Shown here in pieces: positions 62,700 through 64,000 of a stretch of 64,000 nucleotides of DNA (position 1 is the stretch's first letter; every line of letters starts with the position of its first letter). Made by a program: the position numbers and the translations under genes. Source of the stretch: Raillietiella orientalis. Taxonomy: Eukaryota. Under the pieces are notes generated by a model that did not search any database, had not been told where the DNA came from, and was given only the letters and a program-made list of their open reading frames with translations. The stretch is from positions 1,054,001 to 1,118,000 of the forward strand of contig JAYWIR010000010.1 in the NCBI GenBank assembly GCA_036172245.1. The letters are read 5' to 3'.

Positions 62700-64000
62700 G
62701 AAACGTCCCAGTGTGGACGTCAGTGGCGTTTCGCGAAGGAGCAAGAGCCCACCCAATGCGTGGGAGCCCAAACATTCCAGTAGGAACGGAACGTTCGGTC
62801 GAAGGCTCAGCGCTTCGCGGGCCGGTTCACAGACCACTGCGCGCGTGCGATCCAGAGGTCCACGCACCACCCCCTGCTTAGTCCGATTCCTGAGGAACCT
62901 CGTTGTGCCTATCAAAGAACGAGCGATGGGACGCAGCAAGAATAATACAACTCACGAGGTGGACGAGGCCGGAGGAGTCCAACACAAAGACAAGGTCTCC
63001 GAGAAAATGGAAGGAGCGGCGGTGTGGATTACCGGCTTCCTGGTTTTCTGTCGGGATCGCCGGACCCAACGCCGCTTGCTCCAGGAAGAGGAACTTCGGT
63101 TTCCTGATTTGTGGTTCCCGGGTCCAGTAGAATCCATTGCTGAGGCATTTCCAGAATGTCAGTTCCATCCTTCATCTTATGCGTTGCCTGCTGCACAAGA
63201 ACACGTGCATCCTATTCGTCGGTTGAGATCGATGCTTAATGACAGGGATGCTTTCTTCGGAGGATGGAGGACCTTGAAGGCACGAATATAAGGACCTTAT
63301 AAGGAATGCGAAGAACTCGTTGGCGACCGCGTGGCTGCCCCACGAAGCGTCGTGGGCTCGATTCCCCCGTGGAGGATGGACTCCGAGAACGGGAGATGGT
63401 GCGTCATGGACTTCGAATCCCCCTGCAGGACTGACCCGCAGGATTCCGGCATGGCGCTTGTGAGCCCCGGAGACCGAGTGTTCCCGCTGGCTATCCCGAA
63501 TTCGGAGTGGACTTTCCGGACCTCTTTCGAGAATTACGGATCTCCAGTTGGTGTCATAAAGACCCCTCCTGAGACTCCTGCTCCAGTTTAAGATAAAAAA
63601 AAAAAAAATGAGGACCTTTTACCTTTGCTGTGTTTGCTCTTTGCCCCTATTTCAGGACTAAGATTGGTGATCGGGAACCCAACGCCACCACATGCCCACT
63701 TCCGGGCTCCGACCCACGACCAGAAATCGGTCCGAAAAGTCACTCGCAGTGAAAAGAGCAGAGTGTCTTCTCTTAAGAACCAGCAGCAGAGGCCATTCTG
63801 GCTTCGTCTGTGTCCACTGTCGTTGCTTTATCATCTCAAGCGAGATTTCTCGTTTCCCTTGAAAAGTGGCACTGTTGACTCCGTGTCGCAGTCCTCAGTG
63901 GACACAACAATTATGGGACGCACCCTCCTCCTGGGGTCCAGTCTCGAGGGGCTATGCAATGTGTCCCGTAGTGACTTTCTTAAGCTTGGGCACCCCAAGT
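62700..64000 (+). mobile_element. Decayed Helitron Rep relic D, interrupted by a SINE, running off the window end
   Basis: QEEELRFPDLWFPG...FHPSSY (cf. NQxxLRxDLYxG...ILPSSF) in ORF 62695-63291; PPHAHF at 63685-63702 (HUH motif, cf. LPHAHI); IISSEI at 63830-63847 (cf. IISAEI). Confidence 0.5.
63320..63608 (+). mobile_element. Short tRNA-derived SINE copy with poly(A) tail
   Basis: Degenerate B-box ggctcgattcc, gactccgagaac, second B-box-like cttcgaatcc, partial body similarity to the other copies, and a 14-nt A run at 63595-63608. Confidence 0.65.

Noticed and set aside
1..64000. Prokaryotic-type systems (CRISPR array, operons, rRNA)
   Set aside because: The sequence is intron-containing animal DNA; no repeat-spacer array, rRNA-like segment or operon-like gene packing was seen.

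Overview
Animal (eukaryotic) genomic DNA, GC- and CpG-rich; an arthropod source is plausible but cannot be proven from the sequence. Almost all ORFs in the track are spurious. The only gene I can support well is a three-exon Tlx/Hox11-class homeobox gene (arthropod C15/clawless orthologue) on the minus strand: CDS 40733-40250, 35106-34878, 32424-32166; 323 aa; GT-AG introns, phases consistent. The rest is non-coding DNA with candidate enhancers and many very old transposon relics. These include a ~10 kb nest of decayed Helitron RepHel sequences (54.3-64 kb, one nearly full length), another PIF1 relic at 1-870, RTE-like RT and piggyBac relics, a TTAA-flanked piggyBac-type MITE, a Utopia/NeSL-type endonuclease fragment inside an AT-rich foldback island, and a tRNA-headed SINE family with at least five copies. 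The most intriguing unverified signals are two possible decayed homeoboxes, one nested antisense in Tlx intron 1 and followed by a codon-biased ORF with an NK2-SD-like motif. All relic assignments come from by-eye motif matching to family consensus as I recall it, and need HMM/alignment confirmation.
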